Source: Alphaproteobacteria bacterium (GTDB taxonomy: Bacteria; Pseudomonadota; Alphaproteobacteria; G965222575). Taken from it: a stretch of 64,000 bases of DNA. Under the pieces are notes generated by a model, which was given only the letters and a program-made list of their open reading frames with translations, had not been told where the DNA came from and did not search any database. The position numbers were made by a program, and so were the translations under genes. Shown here piece after piece: positions 1-9,749 of the stretch. The DNA lies in the NCBI GenBank assembly GCA_965222575.1, contig OZ244958.1, forward strand, positions 224,001 to 288,000, read 5' to 3'. The stretch's first letter is position 1, and the number at the start of each line of letters is the position of its first letter.

Positions 1-215
1 GTAATTTCACTTTGTTTTCTGCTTTTATTTTCAGTGGAGAAGGCGAACAAAGTGAGGTATTGGATATGGCTAGAAACGGCTTGTTGGGTAATACGTTTTG
101 CGACTTCTATGCCTTCTGTGTAGGCTGTTTTCATGGGGAGGTTTTTCTGTTGTGCCCATCGTCTATTACCATCCATGATACAAGCGACATGGCGTGGTGT
201 TGTTGAACGTGTCAT
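1..215 (-). CDS. uppS: Undecaprenyl diphosphate synthase, N-terminal part (runs off window)
   Basis: Manual translation of the minus strand from ATG 215: MTRSTTPRHVACIMDGNRRWA...TLFAFSTEN, the cis-prenyltransferase motifs; ATGA overlap with the frr stop; conserved frr-uppS order. Not in the ORF track. Confidence 0.93.
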   Translation of the reverse strand, partial: MTRSTTPRHVACIMDGNRRWAQQKNLPMKTAYTEGIEVAKRITQQAVSSHIQYLTLFAFSTENKSRKQSEI

Positions 216-745
216 GAAGGTTTTAAGATATCTTGTTCTTTCGCGGTAGCAAGTTCATGGATTTGTGCGATTTTTTCTTCAGTGAGTTTATTGAGTTGTT
301 TTTTCAGCCTGTGTAATTCGTCCTGAGAGGGTGTTTGTGTTTTGATATTGTCCAAGGCGGAGCGTCTTACATTTCGGACAGCCACGCGGGTGCTTTCTGC
401 GTATTGGGCAACAAGTTTCGCCATTTCTTTTCGTCTTTGTTGAGAAAGAGGTGGCACATTGAGGCGTATAATATTGCCGTCTCTTTGGGGGGTGAGGCCG
501 AGATGGGATTTCAGAAGACTTTTCTCAACGTTCTCAATATTGTTTTCGTCCCACACTTGAACAGTCAGCAGTTGCGGTTGCGGGGCGGCTAGACTAGCCA
601 TTTGAGACAGCTTCATTTTCGCACCATAAGATTGAATCTCTAGGTGTTCCAGCAACCCAACATGCGCTTGCCCCGCTCTGATACCGCTGAGTTCCGTTTT
701 GAACACCTCCACAGCCCCCTGCATGCGTTTTTCAAAATCCCTCAT
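212..745 (-). CDS. frr: Ribosome recycling factor
   Basis: IRAGQA, PQRDGNIIRLNVPPLSQQRRKE, RVAVRNVRR; follows pyrH. Confidence 0.96.
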   Translation of the reverse strand: MRDFEKRMQGAVEVFKTELSGIRAGQAHVGLLEHLEIQSYGAKMKLSQMASLAAPQPQLLTVQVWDENNIENVEKSLLKSHLGLTPQRDGNIIRLNVPPLSQQRRKEMAKLVAQYAESTRVAVRNVRRSALDNIKTQTPSQDELHRLKKQLNKLTEEKIAQIHELATAKEQDILKPS

Positions 746-1467
746 TCGTTCTTTGCATTGTTTCCTACAAGTGTAAAGCTCCCCTTTAATTGAACGACCT
801 TTAACAACTCCTGCATTTTACAAACTAAGATAGGGAGGTCATTATCCCGTGCTAAGGTTACAGCAGAAGCATCCATCACTTTGAGATTTTGATTCAGCAT
901 TTCTTGATAAGAAAGAGAGGGATACCTGATAGCTTTAGGGTCTTTTTTAGGATCGCACGAATAAATACCATCAACGCCCGTTCCTTTAATTAAGACCTCA
1001 CAATCCAACTCATTGGCGCGAATAGCCGCTGCAGTATCCGTTGTGAAGAAAGGGATACCTAGTCCGCCACTGAGAATCACAAGGCGATTTTTGCTCAAGT
1101 GCGCAGTAGCGCGGCGTGGGATATAAGGCTCACAAATAGTATCCATCCGCACAGCGCTCATCATACGGGTTTGTCGTCCTAAAGATTCTAAAGCTTCTTG
1201 GATGAAGAGGCTATTTTTGATGGTAGCGAGCATGCCGACTTGGTCTGCTACTGCGCGTTTCATACCGGCTTTTTGTCCTACGCGGCCGCGAAAAATATTG
1301 CCGCCGCCAATGACCAGAGCGACCTCTATGCCTAAATTGCAAATACAATCAATAGTTTGCACAAAGCGATTAACAGCAGAGAAGTCAAAGCCAAAGGCAT
1401 TCTTGCCCGCTAAAGACTCGCCGGAGCATTTCAATAAGACCCGTTTATAAGGCAGGGCTAAGGTCAA
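742..1467 (-). CDS. pyrH: Uridylate kinase
   Basis: YKRVLLKCSGE, GGGNIFRG, PFFTTDTAA, LKVMDASA. Confidence 0.97.
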   Translation of the reverse strand: MTLALPYKRVLLKCSGESLAGKNAFGFDFSAVNRFVQTIDCICNLGIEVALVIGGGNIFRGRVGQKAGMKRAVADQVGMLATIKNSLFIQEALESLGRQTRMMSAVRMDTICEPYIPRRATAHLSKNRLVILSGGLGIPFFTTDTAAAIRANELDCEVLIKGTGVDGIYSCDPKKDPKAIRYPSLSYQEMLNQNLKVMDASAVTLARDNDLPILVCKMQELLKVVQLKGSFTLVGNNAKNE

Positions 1468-2342
1468 GTATGACCTCCCTCCCCTAAGGCAAATCGGGTG
1501 AAGGCTTCCACAGCATGCCCTTGAAGGATATCATCAACAGTTTTATCAGGCGTCATGACAAAGGGTTGTTTGAGCAGGACAACATCGCCATAGAATTTTG
1601 CCATTCGTCCTTCCACTATCTTAGAGAGGAGTTTTTTCGGTTTCCCTGCGGCTATTGCCTGTTCCGTGAGTATTTGTTGTTCGCGTTGGATAAGGGTTGG
1701 GTCTAAGCTTTCCACATCCACCGCAACAGGAGCACTTGCCGCAATATGTAGAGCGACTTTGCGTCCAAGGTCAGAAGCGTTATTGTCTTTGTGACATATA
1801 CTCACTAGGACGCCAATGCGACCGAGATTTTCCGCGTAAGCATTATGGACATAGGAAGCGATGACGCCCTGTGACGTGTTGAGGGAAGCGACTCTTGCAA
1901 GAGCAAGATTTTCTCCAACAGACGCCATGGTCTCCTGTAGGGCTTGTGCAACAGTAAAGTCCGGTTTCTCAGGAAGGGAAGCCTTGAGCAAGGTGGAAAC
2001 AGTAAGGTCACCCTTCAGGATTAAAGCCGCTTGCCCTACCTGTTGGACAAGGGTTTGAAAGGTTTTATTACGGGCAACAAAATCTGTCTCTGCATTAATC
2101 TCTACCAGCACAGCACGGGTCGCTTCAGTATTGACAAGTGCACACACAAGGCCTTCTAGGGCAACACGCATGGCTCTTGATGCCGCCTTCGCTACGCCTT
2201 TTTTACGCAGCAATGCCACTGCTTCCGCCCCATCACCGCCCGCTTCCTCTAAGGCTTTCTTACAATCCAAAATCCCCACACCCGTTTGCCGCCGCAACGC
2301 TAAAAGTGCTTCAGAAGAAAAAGACTTAGTCCTCTTTTGCAT
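1464..2342 (-). CDS. tsf: Elongation factor Ts
   Basis: LRRQTGVGILDCKKAL, EINAETDFVARN, KIVEGRM. Confidence 0.97.
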   Translation of the reverse strand: MQKRTKSFSSEALLALRRQTGVGILDCKKALEEAGGDGAEAVALLRKKGVAKAASRAMRVALEGLVCALVNTEATRAVLVEINAETDFVARNKTFQTLVQQVGQAALILKGDLTVSTLLKASLPEKPDFTVAQALQETMASVGENLALARVASLNTSQGVIASYVHNAYAENLGRIGVLVSICHKDNNASDLGRKVALHIAASAPVAVDVESLDPTLIQREQQILTEQAIAAGKPKKLLSKIVEGRMAKFYGDVVLLKQPFVMTPDKTVDDILQGHAVEAFTRFALGEGGHT

Positions 2343-3201
2343 CCTTCTCCTCTGTCTGACCTTTTGCTTTCTCCTCTGTTTGACGACGGCGTATCCCCCC
2401 TCTCACCTCTACAGGAATAACCCCTGTTCTCACAACAGGCACACGCGTTGTCTCTTGTGGCGGTAGCCCCTGAGTACTGCTAGCATCATCAGCTTGCTCT
2501 TCCTGCTCTTTGCTCACAGCAATATGCCGTTCAAGTCCCATGAGCACAGCCCTTGCGAAAAGATTGCAATAAAGCACAAGAGACCGCGTCACATCATCAT
2601 TTCCCGGCACAGGAAAATCAATGCCCTCAAGGTCTGAATTCGTATCCAAAATCCCCACAACAGGTATGCCAACCTTATTGGCTTCCTTGACAGCAATTCT
2701 ATCTTTGTTCACATCCATGACAATGAGGAGATTAGGCAGCGCTTTCATTTTACGAATACCACCCAAGGAACGTTGATACTTTTGTACACGCCGTTTGATA
2801 GAGAGTAGCTCTTTTTTGACTAAGCCTGTGGTATCAGAGGCTAGTGTTTTCTCAAGAGCCTCCATCCGCCCTAAAGATTGAGAAATCGTCTGCCAGTTCG
2901 TCAGCATGCCCCCGAGCCACCGGTGATTGACATAAAACTGTAAGCACTGTTCAGCAAACTCCTTAATATGAGGCCTTACCTGTGTCTTTGTGCCAACGAA
3001 CAAGATAGTACCCCCTTGAGCCACAACATCCTCTACCTTCTTAAGAGCAACCTTAAGCATGGGAAGAGTGAAGCCTAGATTGAGAAGATGCGCACCATTT
3101 CTCTCTCCATAGATATACGGCGCCATTTTAGGGTTCCACCGATGAGTCTGGTGCCCATAATGAACGCCCGCTTCCATCAGTTGCCGAATAGAAATTTCCA
3201 T
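2326..3201 (-). CDS. rpsB: 30S ribosomal protein S2
   Basis: LMEAGVHYGH, RWNPKM, RWLGGMLTN, PGNDD. Confidence 0.98.
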   Translation of the reverse strand: MEISIRQLMEAGVHYGHQTHRWNPKMAPYIYGERNGAHLLNLGFTLPMLKVALKKVEDVVAQGGTILFVGTKTQVRPHIKEFAEQCLQFYVNHRWLGGMLTNWQTISQSLGRMEALEKTLASDTTGLVKKELLSIKRRVQKYQRSLGGIRKMKALPNLLIVMDVNKDRIAVKEANKVGIPVVGILDTNSDLEGIDFPVPGNDDVTRSLVLYCNLFARAVLMGLERHIAVSKEQEEQADDASSTQGLPPQETTRVPVVRTGVIPVEVRGGIRRRQTEEKAKGQTEEKDAKED

Positions 3202-3420
3202 GTTTACCTAGTTCATCCTCTGTAGCCTGCCCTATGGAAATGCCCATAGCTACATGTGTTCTCAGCAAAGGATACAGTGTTTTGTATAAGGGAACAAGGA
3301 AAAATTTTTCTACAAAGCCAGTTATTGATTTATCAATAGTATGTAATACTATATTATATCTATATTACGATACAAAGGAGCAATATTTTCTAAAGGGTGC
3401 GGGTATGCTGGTGAAAAGAC

Positions 3421-3981
3421 GTGATGAAAAAAGATAACAAGTCCTTAGCTTTTGACGGCGTACAAGACAAAGGTCGTCGTGATTTTTTACTGATATCAGC
3501 GGGCACATTTGCAGTAGCAGGGGGGGTAAGTTTTCTGTGGCCTTTTGTAGCTCAGATGAATCCGTCAGCGGATGTGTTAGCACTCTCCACCACAGAGGTG
3601 GATTTATCCCCCATAGAAGAGGGACAATCCCTAACAGTGTTGTGGCAAGGAAAGCCTGTGTTCGTGAGACACAGGACAAAAGAGGAAATACTAGCCGCTC
3701 AATCAGGAGATGAGGCTAAGACGCCAGACCCTGCTACAGATAAAAGTAGAGTCCTAAACCCAAAATGGCTTGTTGTGGTAGGGGTTTGTACACATCTTGG
3801 CTGCGTGCCACTTGGGGCGAAAGGCGATTACAATGGTTGGTTTTGTCCCTGTCATGGCTCCCATTACGATACCTCTGGACGTGTGCGCAAAGGACCTGCC
3901 CCGAAGAATCTTCCCATTCCGCCCTATACCTTTGTAGATGACACCACCATTGTAATAGGAATAAAAGAGCAGGAGGGGTAA
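3421..3981 (+). CDS. petA: Ubiquinol-cytochrome c reductase Rieske Fe-S subunit
   Basis: Tat motif RRDFL; CTHLGC and CPCHGS Rieske boxes. Confidence 0.98.
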   Translation: MMKKDNKSLAFDGVQDKGRRDFLLISAGTFAVAGGVSFLWPFVAQMNPSADVLALSTTEVDLSPIEEGQSLTVLWQGKPVFVRHRTKEEILAAQSGDEAKTPDPATDKSRVLNPKWLVVVGVCTHLGCVPLGAKGDYNGWFCPCHGSHYDTSGRVRKGPAPKNLPIPPYTFVDDTTIVIGIKEQEG

Positions 3982-3982
3982 G

Positions 3983-5233
3983 ATGTTCAAAAAACTCCAT
4001 GATTGGATTGAATACCGCTTGCCGATTTTTAGCACAATCAACGCCTTCGTTGGCGATTACCCAACCCCTAGAAATCTGAATATTTGGTATCAATTTGGCT
4101 CCTTAGCAGGGTTAATCTTGATGCTTCAAATCCTCACCGGCATTGTGTTAGCCATGCATTACACCCCTCATGTGGACTATGCCTTTGCCTCTGTGGAGCA
4201 TATTATGCGTGATGTGAATTATGGATGGTTATTGCGCTATATGCACGCCAATGGTGCCTCTTTCTTTTTCATTGCTATCTATCTGCATATCTTTCGCGGG
4301 CTATACTACGGCTCTTATAAATATCCCAGAGAGCTTTTATGGATAGTAGGCGTGATATTGTTGATTCTCATGATTATCACAGCCTTTATGGGGTATGTTC
4401 TCCCCTGGGGACAAATGAGTTTTTGGGGAGCGACTGTTATTACAAACCTGTTCTCATCACTGCCTTTAGTGGGAGAGAGTATTGTCACATGGCTATGGGG
4501 AGGATTTTCAGTGAACAATGCCACATTGCAAAGATTTTTCAGTCTCCACTATCTTTTCCCATTTATCATTGTAGGCTTTGTGTTCTTGCACATCATCGCC
4601 CTTCACCAGCATGGTTCTAACAATCCCCTAGGCATTGACAAAAAAGGGAAGCAAGACACCCTACCCTTCCACCCTTTTTACACAGTAAAAGACCTATTAG
4701 GCTTTTGTGTCTTCGGCATCATCTTTGCCTATTTCGTTTTCTATGTCCCGAATTTACTTGGTCATCCTGATAACTACTTGCCTGCCGACCCTCTTGTGAC
4801 ACCAGAGCATATTATGCCGGAATGGTATTTTCTCCCCTTTTACGCCATTTTGCGGTCTATACCAGATAAACTCGGCGGCGTCATTCTGATGTTTGCCTCC
4901 CTAAGCATTCTCTTCTTGTTGCCATGGTTGGATAGGTCTCCTGTAAGGTCTTGTTCTTTTCGTCCTATATACAGGCAGTTTTTTTGGTTATTTGTCCTGA
5001 GCTGCTTAGTGCTAGGCTACACAGGGTCACAACAGCCGGAAGGTATTCATCTTGTTCTCAGTCGCCTTGCAACCGCCTATTATTTCGCACATTTTTTACT
5101 CATTTTACCCCTGTCAGGCAAGTTTGAGACTCCGCGCCCTTTGCCCGCCTCAATTTATGAAGCCGTCACACAAAAAAAGCCCCCTCTTGCTAAAAATATG
5201 CCAAGACCTAAGGAAAGAGAGTTCAAGAAATGA
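3983..5233 (+). CDS. petB: Cytochrome b
   Basis: [19 protein letters not shown], haem-ligand histidines. Confidence 0.98.
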   Translation: MFKKLHDWIEYRLPIFSTINAFVGDYPTPRNLNIWYQFGSLAGLILMLQILTGIVLAMHYTPHVDYAFASVEHIMRDVNYGWLLRYMHANGASFFFIAIYLHIFRGLYYGSYKYPRELLWIVGVILLILMIITAFMGYVLPWGQMSFWGATVITNLFSSLPLVGESIVTWLWGGFSVNNATLQRFFSLHYLFPFIIVGFVFLHIIALHQHGSNNPLGIDKKGKQDTLPFHPFYTVKDLLGFCVFGIIFAYFVFYVPNLLGHPDNYLPADPLVTPEHIMPEWYFLPFYAILRSIPDKLGGVILMFASLSILFLLPWLDRSPVRSCSFRPIYRQFFWLFVLSCLVLGYTGSQQPEGIHLVLSRLATAYYFAHFLLILPLSGKFETPRPLPASIYEAVTQKKPPLAKNMPRPKEREFKK

Positions 5234-6000
5234 GGTCTGTAAGAAACGGAATAGTGGGTTGCGTGTGTTTATTATTGTGCGCGGTGGCTTATGGTGCCTC
5301 TGAAGGGGTCATCCTAAAGTCTTACTGGCCTCACCAGCGCAAGCCCTTCGGTCTGTATGATAAAGCCGCTGCTCAACGTGGGTTTTTGGTCTTTTCACAA
5401 GTATGCGGCACCTGTCATAGTCTCAATTTTTTCTCCTTTCGTTCCCTAGCGAGCATAGGGTTTTCAGCGAGTCAAATCAAAGAGTTAGCCTCTTCATGGG
5501 AAGTAGAAGACGGCCCCGACGAGGAGGGAGAAATGTTTAGCCGTCCAGCGCGTCCTTCAGACATTTTCCCCTCCCCTTACGCCAACGAAAAAGCCGCACG
5601 CGCAGCCAATAACGGCGCATTTCCTCCTGATTTATCCTTAAGGGTGAAGTCTCATGGAGAAGATATGCTCTATAGTTTGCTACTAGGCTATCTTGACCCT
5701 CCCCCTCCTGAGGTGAAACTCTCGGCAGGACAGTTTTACAATACTGCCCTTGGTGCCGCCTTGTCCATGCCACCACCCCTAACAGAGGACATAGCGGATT
5801 ATTCTTTCCTAGAAGAGGAGACCCCACCAAAAGCTACCATTGAACAAATGGCAAAGGATGTGGTTAGCTTTCTCGCTTGGGTATCAGAACCCCATAGGGA
5901 CGCCCGTCACCGCTTAGGATTTAAGGTCTTAGCGTTTCTATTGGTCTTGACGTTTCTGGTGTACCGTCTTTACAAGCGTATCTGGTCTAGGGTTGTTTGA
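5230..6000 (+). CDS. petC: Cytochrome c1
   Basis: CGTCH haem motif, [17 protein letters not shown]-terminal TM helix. Confidence 0.96.
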   Translation: MRSVRNGIVGCVCLLLCAVAYGASEGVILKSYWPHQRKPFGLYDKAAAQRGFLVFSQVCGTCHSLNFFSFRSLASIGFSASQIKELASSWEVEDGPDEEGEMFSRPARPSDIFPSPYANEKAARAANNGAFPPDLSLRVKSHGEDMLYSLLLGYLDPPPPEVKLSAGQFYNTALGAALSMPPPLTEDIADYSFLEEETPPKATIEQMAKDVVSFLAWVSEPHRDARHRLGFKVLAFLLVLTFLVYRLYKRIWSRVV

Positions 6001-6027
6001 GCCCCCTCTGAAAGCGGGTTAGAGCTT

Positions 6028-7314
6028 TTACAGGGTGAGACTTAAATCGTGTTTTTTCATAAAGTCTTCAGGCCCCACGACAGAAAAGGCAGTAGTTGCT
6101 ATCTTCCCTAGTAACCGTTCCGCAACATCTTGAATAGAATCTGCCGTGACCGCTTGCAATTTTAGCAACATTTCTTCTTGTGTAAGGGGTTTCCCATAGT
6201 GAAGGGTTTGTACAGCGATTTGGCGAGCTCTTGAGTCTGGATTTTCAAAAGCGGAAAAGATATCGCGTTTAATTTGAGCAATCCCTCTTTTGATTTCTTC
6301 AAGGGTAATAGAGGCAGCAAAAGTGCGCAATGTCTCTCTAATAATATTGAGACATTTCAGGGCTTTATCGGGGCTTGTGCCGGCATAGACACCAAGCATA
6401 CCGAAAGTGGTATCATTATACAGGAAGCTTTTGACGGCATAGGCAAGACCTTCTTTGACGCGGACGCGTTGGAACAGTCTTGAGGCCATACCAGAGCCTA
6501 AAGCATAATCCATAGCAAGAGCGCTATAATAGCCTTCGTCAAGCACAGTCAGGGCAGGCACAGCAAGAGCAAGATGGACTTGTTCAATATCTTTTTTCGT
6601 TGCCACTAACCGCTTGCCCTTAAAGGGATAGGTTTTCGCGTTGACTAGAGAGACCTGTTTCGCCTGTTGAAAGAGGCCATTGACCACTTGGGCCATTTTG
6701 TCATGATTGAGATTGCCAACCATTGCCACAATAATGTTGCTGGGGCCATAGAAGTGTTGCACAAAAGTCCGTAAATCCTCTTGAGAGCAGTTTTCAATTG
6801 TACGTGCTGGTCCTAAAATGGAGCGTCCCATAGGGGTATCGCCATAAGCGGCTTTATCAAGGTTCACCAGTGCAATCGCAGAAGGTTTATCATTGTACAT
6901 ACGGATTTCTTCTAGGACAACTTTGCGTTCTTGCTCAAGTTCGAGTTGCGGAAAAGAAGAGTTTAAGACCATATCAGAAAGAATCTCAAGCAATGAGGTC
7001 ATGTGTTCTTTTAACCCATGAATGTAATAAGCGGTATGTTCACGGGAGGTATAGGCATTGACATAGCCGCCGTTATTTTCGATGTCGCGACTAATCTCTT
7101 GACAGTTGCGTTTTTTCGTTCCCTTAAAGCACATATGTTCAAGGAAGTGAGCAAAGCCATTTTGGGTCTTTTTTTCCTGCGCTGCGCCGGCATTAATCCA
7201 GATACCAGTAGAAAGTGTTTGCAAAGACGGATGGTGTTCCGTCACAAAGGTCACCCCACAGGGAAGACGCTCATGACGCAAAGTATTGTGAGATTGCTGT
7301 TTCATAAATGACAT
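6028..7314 (-). CDS. M16B zinc peptidase (MPP-like)
   Basis: Inverted zincin HFLEH, NAYTSRE, SRLFQRVR...GLAY. Confidence 0.93.
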   Translation of the reverse strand: MSFMKQQSHNTLRHERLPCGVTFVTEHHPSLQTLSTGIWINAGAAQEKKTQNGFAHFLEHMCFKGTKKRNCQEISRDIENNGGYVNAYTSREHTAYYIHGLKEHMTSLLEILSDMVLNSSFPQLELEQERKVVLEEIRMYNDKPSAIALVNLDKAAYGDTPMGRSILGPARTIENCSQEDLRTFVQHFYGPSNIIVAMVGNLNHDKMAQVVNGLFQQAKQVSLVNAKTYPFKGKRLVATKKDIEQVHLALAVPALTVLDEGYYSALAMDYALGSGMASRLFQRVRVKEGLAYAVKSFLYNDTTFGMLGVYAGTSPDKALKCLNIIRETLRTFAASITLEEIKRGIAQIKRDIFSAFENPDSRARQIAVQTLHYGKPLTQEEMLLKLQAVTADSIQDVAERLLGKIATTAFSVVGPEDFMKKHDLSLTL

Positions 7315-7405
7315 TACCAGTTATTTTCTTTTCCTTGTTTTGACCCCTAATGGATGGTTGTGTATCCCGTTTTTTCTCATGATATCTCTTTAGAAGAGAA
7401 GCAAG

Positions 7406-7477
7406 AGCGGGTGATGAGATTCGAACTCACGACCCTAACCTTGGCAAGGTTATGCTCTACCCCTGAGCTACACCCGC
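7406..7477 (-). tRNA. tRNA-Gly(GCC)
   Basis: Reverse complement GCGGGTGTAGCTCAGGGGTAGAGCATAACCTTGCCAAGGTTAGGGTCGTGAGTTCGAATCTCATCACCCGCT folds as a cloverleaf, anticodon GCC; CCA not encoded. Confidence 0.96.
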
Positions 7478-7611
7478 ATCACTTTCTCCTGTAAGGAAAG
7501 CATCATAACAGAAAGAAGACAACGTGACAAGAAGCGTAGCCAAGATGAGTTCACCTAGTATTAAAGATTTTACTTTATTATGCGCTTATTAATCAATGAT
7601 TTTCTCTTTTC

Positions 7612-8955
7612 ATGACTCCTAAGATCAAACCTCCTCCACCTAGAACAGACCCAACTGCTATACCCCCCCCTGCAGAAAAGGTTGCTGAGCAGAAATCAAG
7701 CCATGCTGGGCGGTTTACGAAAGGGATTCCTAGCAAGATTGCAAATTTTTTTTCAAAAGACTCCGCTTCTGCTACTGGGCAGAAAAAACTGACTCAACGC
7801 AAGGGCATTCAGCATCTCGATAATCCCGCTCTCACGAACACAATAGATGCCAAAGGAAGAAGTCACCCTCTCCCTAAAACTTTCATAAATTCTCCTCCAC
7901 AGCCTCCCCCACGCAATGAGTCCCTGGCACAACACCAACCACCACAAGGAGAGACTCTCACAAGGAAACCACAGCCTCTCCCACGCAATCAGTCACTGGC
8001 ACAACACCAACCACCACGCAGGGGCATTCAGCACCTCGATAATCAATCTCTCACGAACAAAATAGATGCCGAAGGAAGAAGTCACCCTCTCCCTAAAACT
8101 TTCATAAATTCTTCTTCACATCCTCTCCCACGCAATCAGTCACGCACACAGCCTCCACAAGGACAATACAGTCTGATAGGAGAGAATCGCACAGGGAAAC
8201 CACAGCTTCTCCCACGCAATGAATCACGCACACAGCAATCACAAGGACAATACAGTCTAGCAGGAGAGGCTCTTACAGGGAAACCACAGCAACCACAAGG
8301 AAAATACAGTCTAGCAGGAGAGGCTCTTACAGGGAAACCACAGCAACCACAAGGAAAATACAGTCTAGCAGGAGAGGCTCTTACAGGGAAACCACAGCAA
8401 CCACAAGGAAAATACAGTCTAGCAGGAGAGGCTCTTACAGGGAAACCACAGCTTCCCCCACGCAATGAGTCACTCGCACCAAAACCCCGAGGAAAATACA
8501 GTCTGGCAGGAGAGGCTCTTACAGGGAAACCACAGCTTCCCCCACGCAATGAGTCACTCGCACAGCCTCCACAAGGACAATACAGTGTAATAGGAGAGGC
8601 TCTTACAGGGAAACCACCGCCTCTTCCGCCTAAGCAAGGTGCAGCTAAAGCCGCACCACCGCCTTTCCAACAACAGGACAAAAATACTTACGATACTTTG
8701 CATCATGACAAAGCTTTACCACAGGGCAACACGCAAGAAAATACTTACGATACTTTGCATGACGACGAAGATTTTGTCACCTTTGAGAATTTTATGGGAC
8801 AACCAAGAGAGGATTTTCTCAAGAACAAGACACAGCCTCAGAAACGCCCGCTTGTCGGTAATTATGAGACCATGGAAAGCTTTCTTAGGGAAAAATCAGC
8901 CCCAAAGACTCAAGGAAAGCCTTTATTTGCCATTCCCCAAAAAAAATCCCCCTAA
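7612..8955 (+). CDS. Pro/Gln-rich repetitive protein with seven YS[LV][AI] repeats and PxxPxR motifs; candidate T3SS effector 1
   Basis: 447 aa, low complexity, no Sec signal; 54-bp tandem units (PQGKYSLAGEALTGKPQQ), PQLPPRN x2, TYDTL x2, YETM. Confidence 0.6.
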   Translation: MTPKIKPPPPRTDPTAIPPPAEKVAEQKSSHAGRFTKGIPSKIANFFSKDSASATGQKKLTQRKGIQHLDNPALTNTIDAKGRSHPLPKTFINSPPQPPPRNESLAQHQPPQGETLTRKPQPLPRNQSLAQHQPPRRGIQHLDNQSLTNKIDAEGRSHPLPKTFINSSSHPLPRNQSRTQPPQGQYSLIGENRTGKPQLLPRNESRTQQSQGQYSLAGEALTGKPQQPQGKYSLAGEALTGKPQQPQGKYSLAGEALTGKPQQPQGKYSLAGEALTGKPQLPPRNESLAPKPRGKYSLAGEALTGKPQLPPRNESLAQPPQGQYSVIGEALTGKPPPLPPKQGAAKAAPPPFQQQDKNTYDTLHHDKALPQGNTQENTYDTLHDDEDFVTFENFMGQPREDFLKNKTQPQKRPLVGNYETMESFLREKSAPKTQGKPLFAIPQKKSP

Positions 8956-8988
8956 CTAAAACCCACAACCCACAGAGAACTTCCAACA

Positions 8989-9747
8989 ATGCCAAAAATC
9001 AAAGTCTCAAATCCCCAGCCCCCTGCAGAGTCCCTCGCCTTCCCGTCAAAAAATCAATCCAAAGCCCCTAAGAGAGGTGCTTTCCCTAAGAAAGCTATCC
9101 CATTGCCAAAAAACCTTACCAGAACGCTCTCTCATCAACAGCCCCTCGCTTCTCGTGTCCCAGACGCAACAGTAGCTTCCGCACCACCACCGCCGCCGCC
9201 TTCTCATGCCGCTCATGGGTCAGTGCCGACACCACCGCCACTACCGCCTCTACCTTCTACAGCACAACCAGTAATACTCAAAAAATCCGCTACTCCTCTA
9301 CCACCGCCAAAACTGGACTTGATAGGAGAATTGGAGGCAAAACTCCAAAAAAAAGGAATCGTTGCTCACCACTCCCCTGTTGCCAATGAAGAACTGCCAC
9401 CGCCGCCAGATTACATAGCAATCCCATCCAATGAAGAACTGCCACCGCCACCAGATTACCTAGCAATCCCATCCAATAAAGAACTGCCACCACCACCGCC
9501 GCCGCCCCTTACCACTCATGGGGAAGTGCCGCCGCCACCACCACTACCGCCTCTCCCTTCTACAGCACAACCAGTAATACTCAAAAAATCCGTTCTACCA
9601 AAAGAACCGCCAAAACCGGATGTGATGGAAGAGTTAAAGAAAAAGCTTGCGGAAAAAACAGCGGAAAAAGCAAAAGCTCAAGCCTCTTCTAACCAGCCTC
9701 CACCCGTGGCGGCAAAACCACTCAAACGTACACAATTAAAACCCTAG
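8989..9747 (+). CDS. Poly-proline protein with ELPPPP, PPxY and duplicated LKKS/helix module; candidate actin-modulating effector 2
   Basis: 252 aa; NEELPPPPDY x2 plus NKELPPPP; PPPLPPLPSTAQPVILKKS x2 each followed by D[LV][IM]xELxxKL. Confidence 0.6.
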   Translation: MPKIKVSNPQPPAESLAFPSKNQSKAPKRGAFPKKAIPLPKNLTRTLSHQQPLASRVPDATVASAPPPPPPSHAAHGSVPTPPPLPPLPSTAQPVILKKSATPLPPPKLDLIGELEAKLQKKGIVAHHSPVANEELPPPPDYIAIPSNEELPPPPDYLAIPSNKELPPPPPPPLTTHGEVPPPPPLPPLPSTAQPVILKKSVLPKEPPKPDVMEELKKKLAEKTAEKAKAQASSNQPPPVAAKPLKRTQLKP

Positions 9748-9749
9748 TA

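Noticed and set aside
8136-8681. Cys-rich repeat ORF on the minus strand
   Set aside because: Antisense shadow of the effector 1 repeats
8686-8760. Canonical ITAM in effector 1
   Set aside because: The two YDTL motifs are 15 residues apart, beyond the usual 6-12
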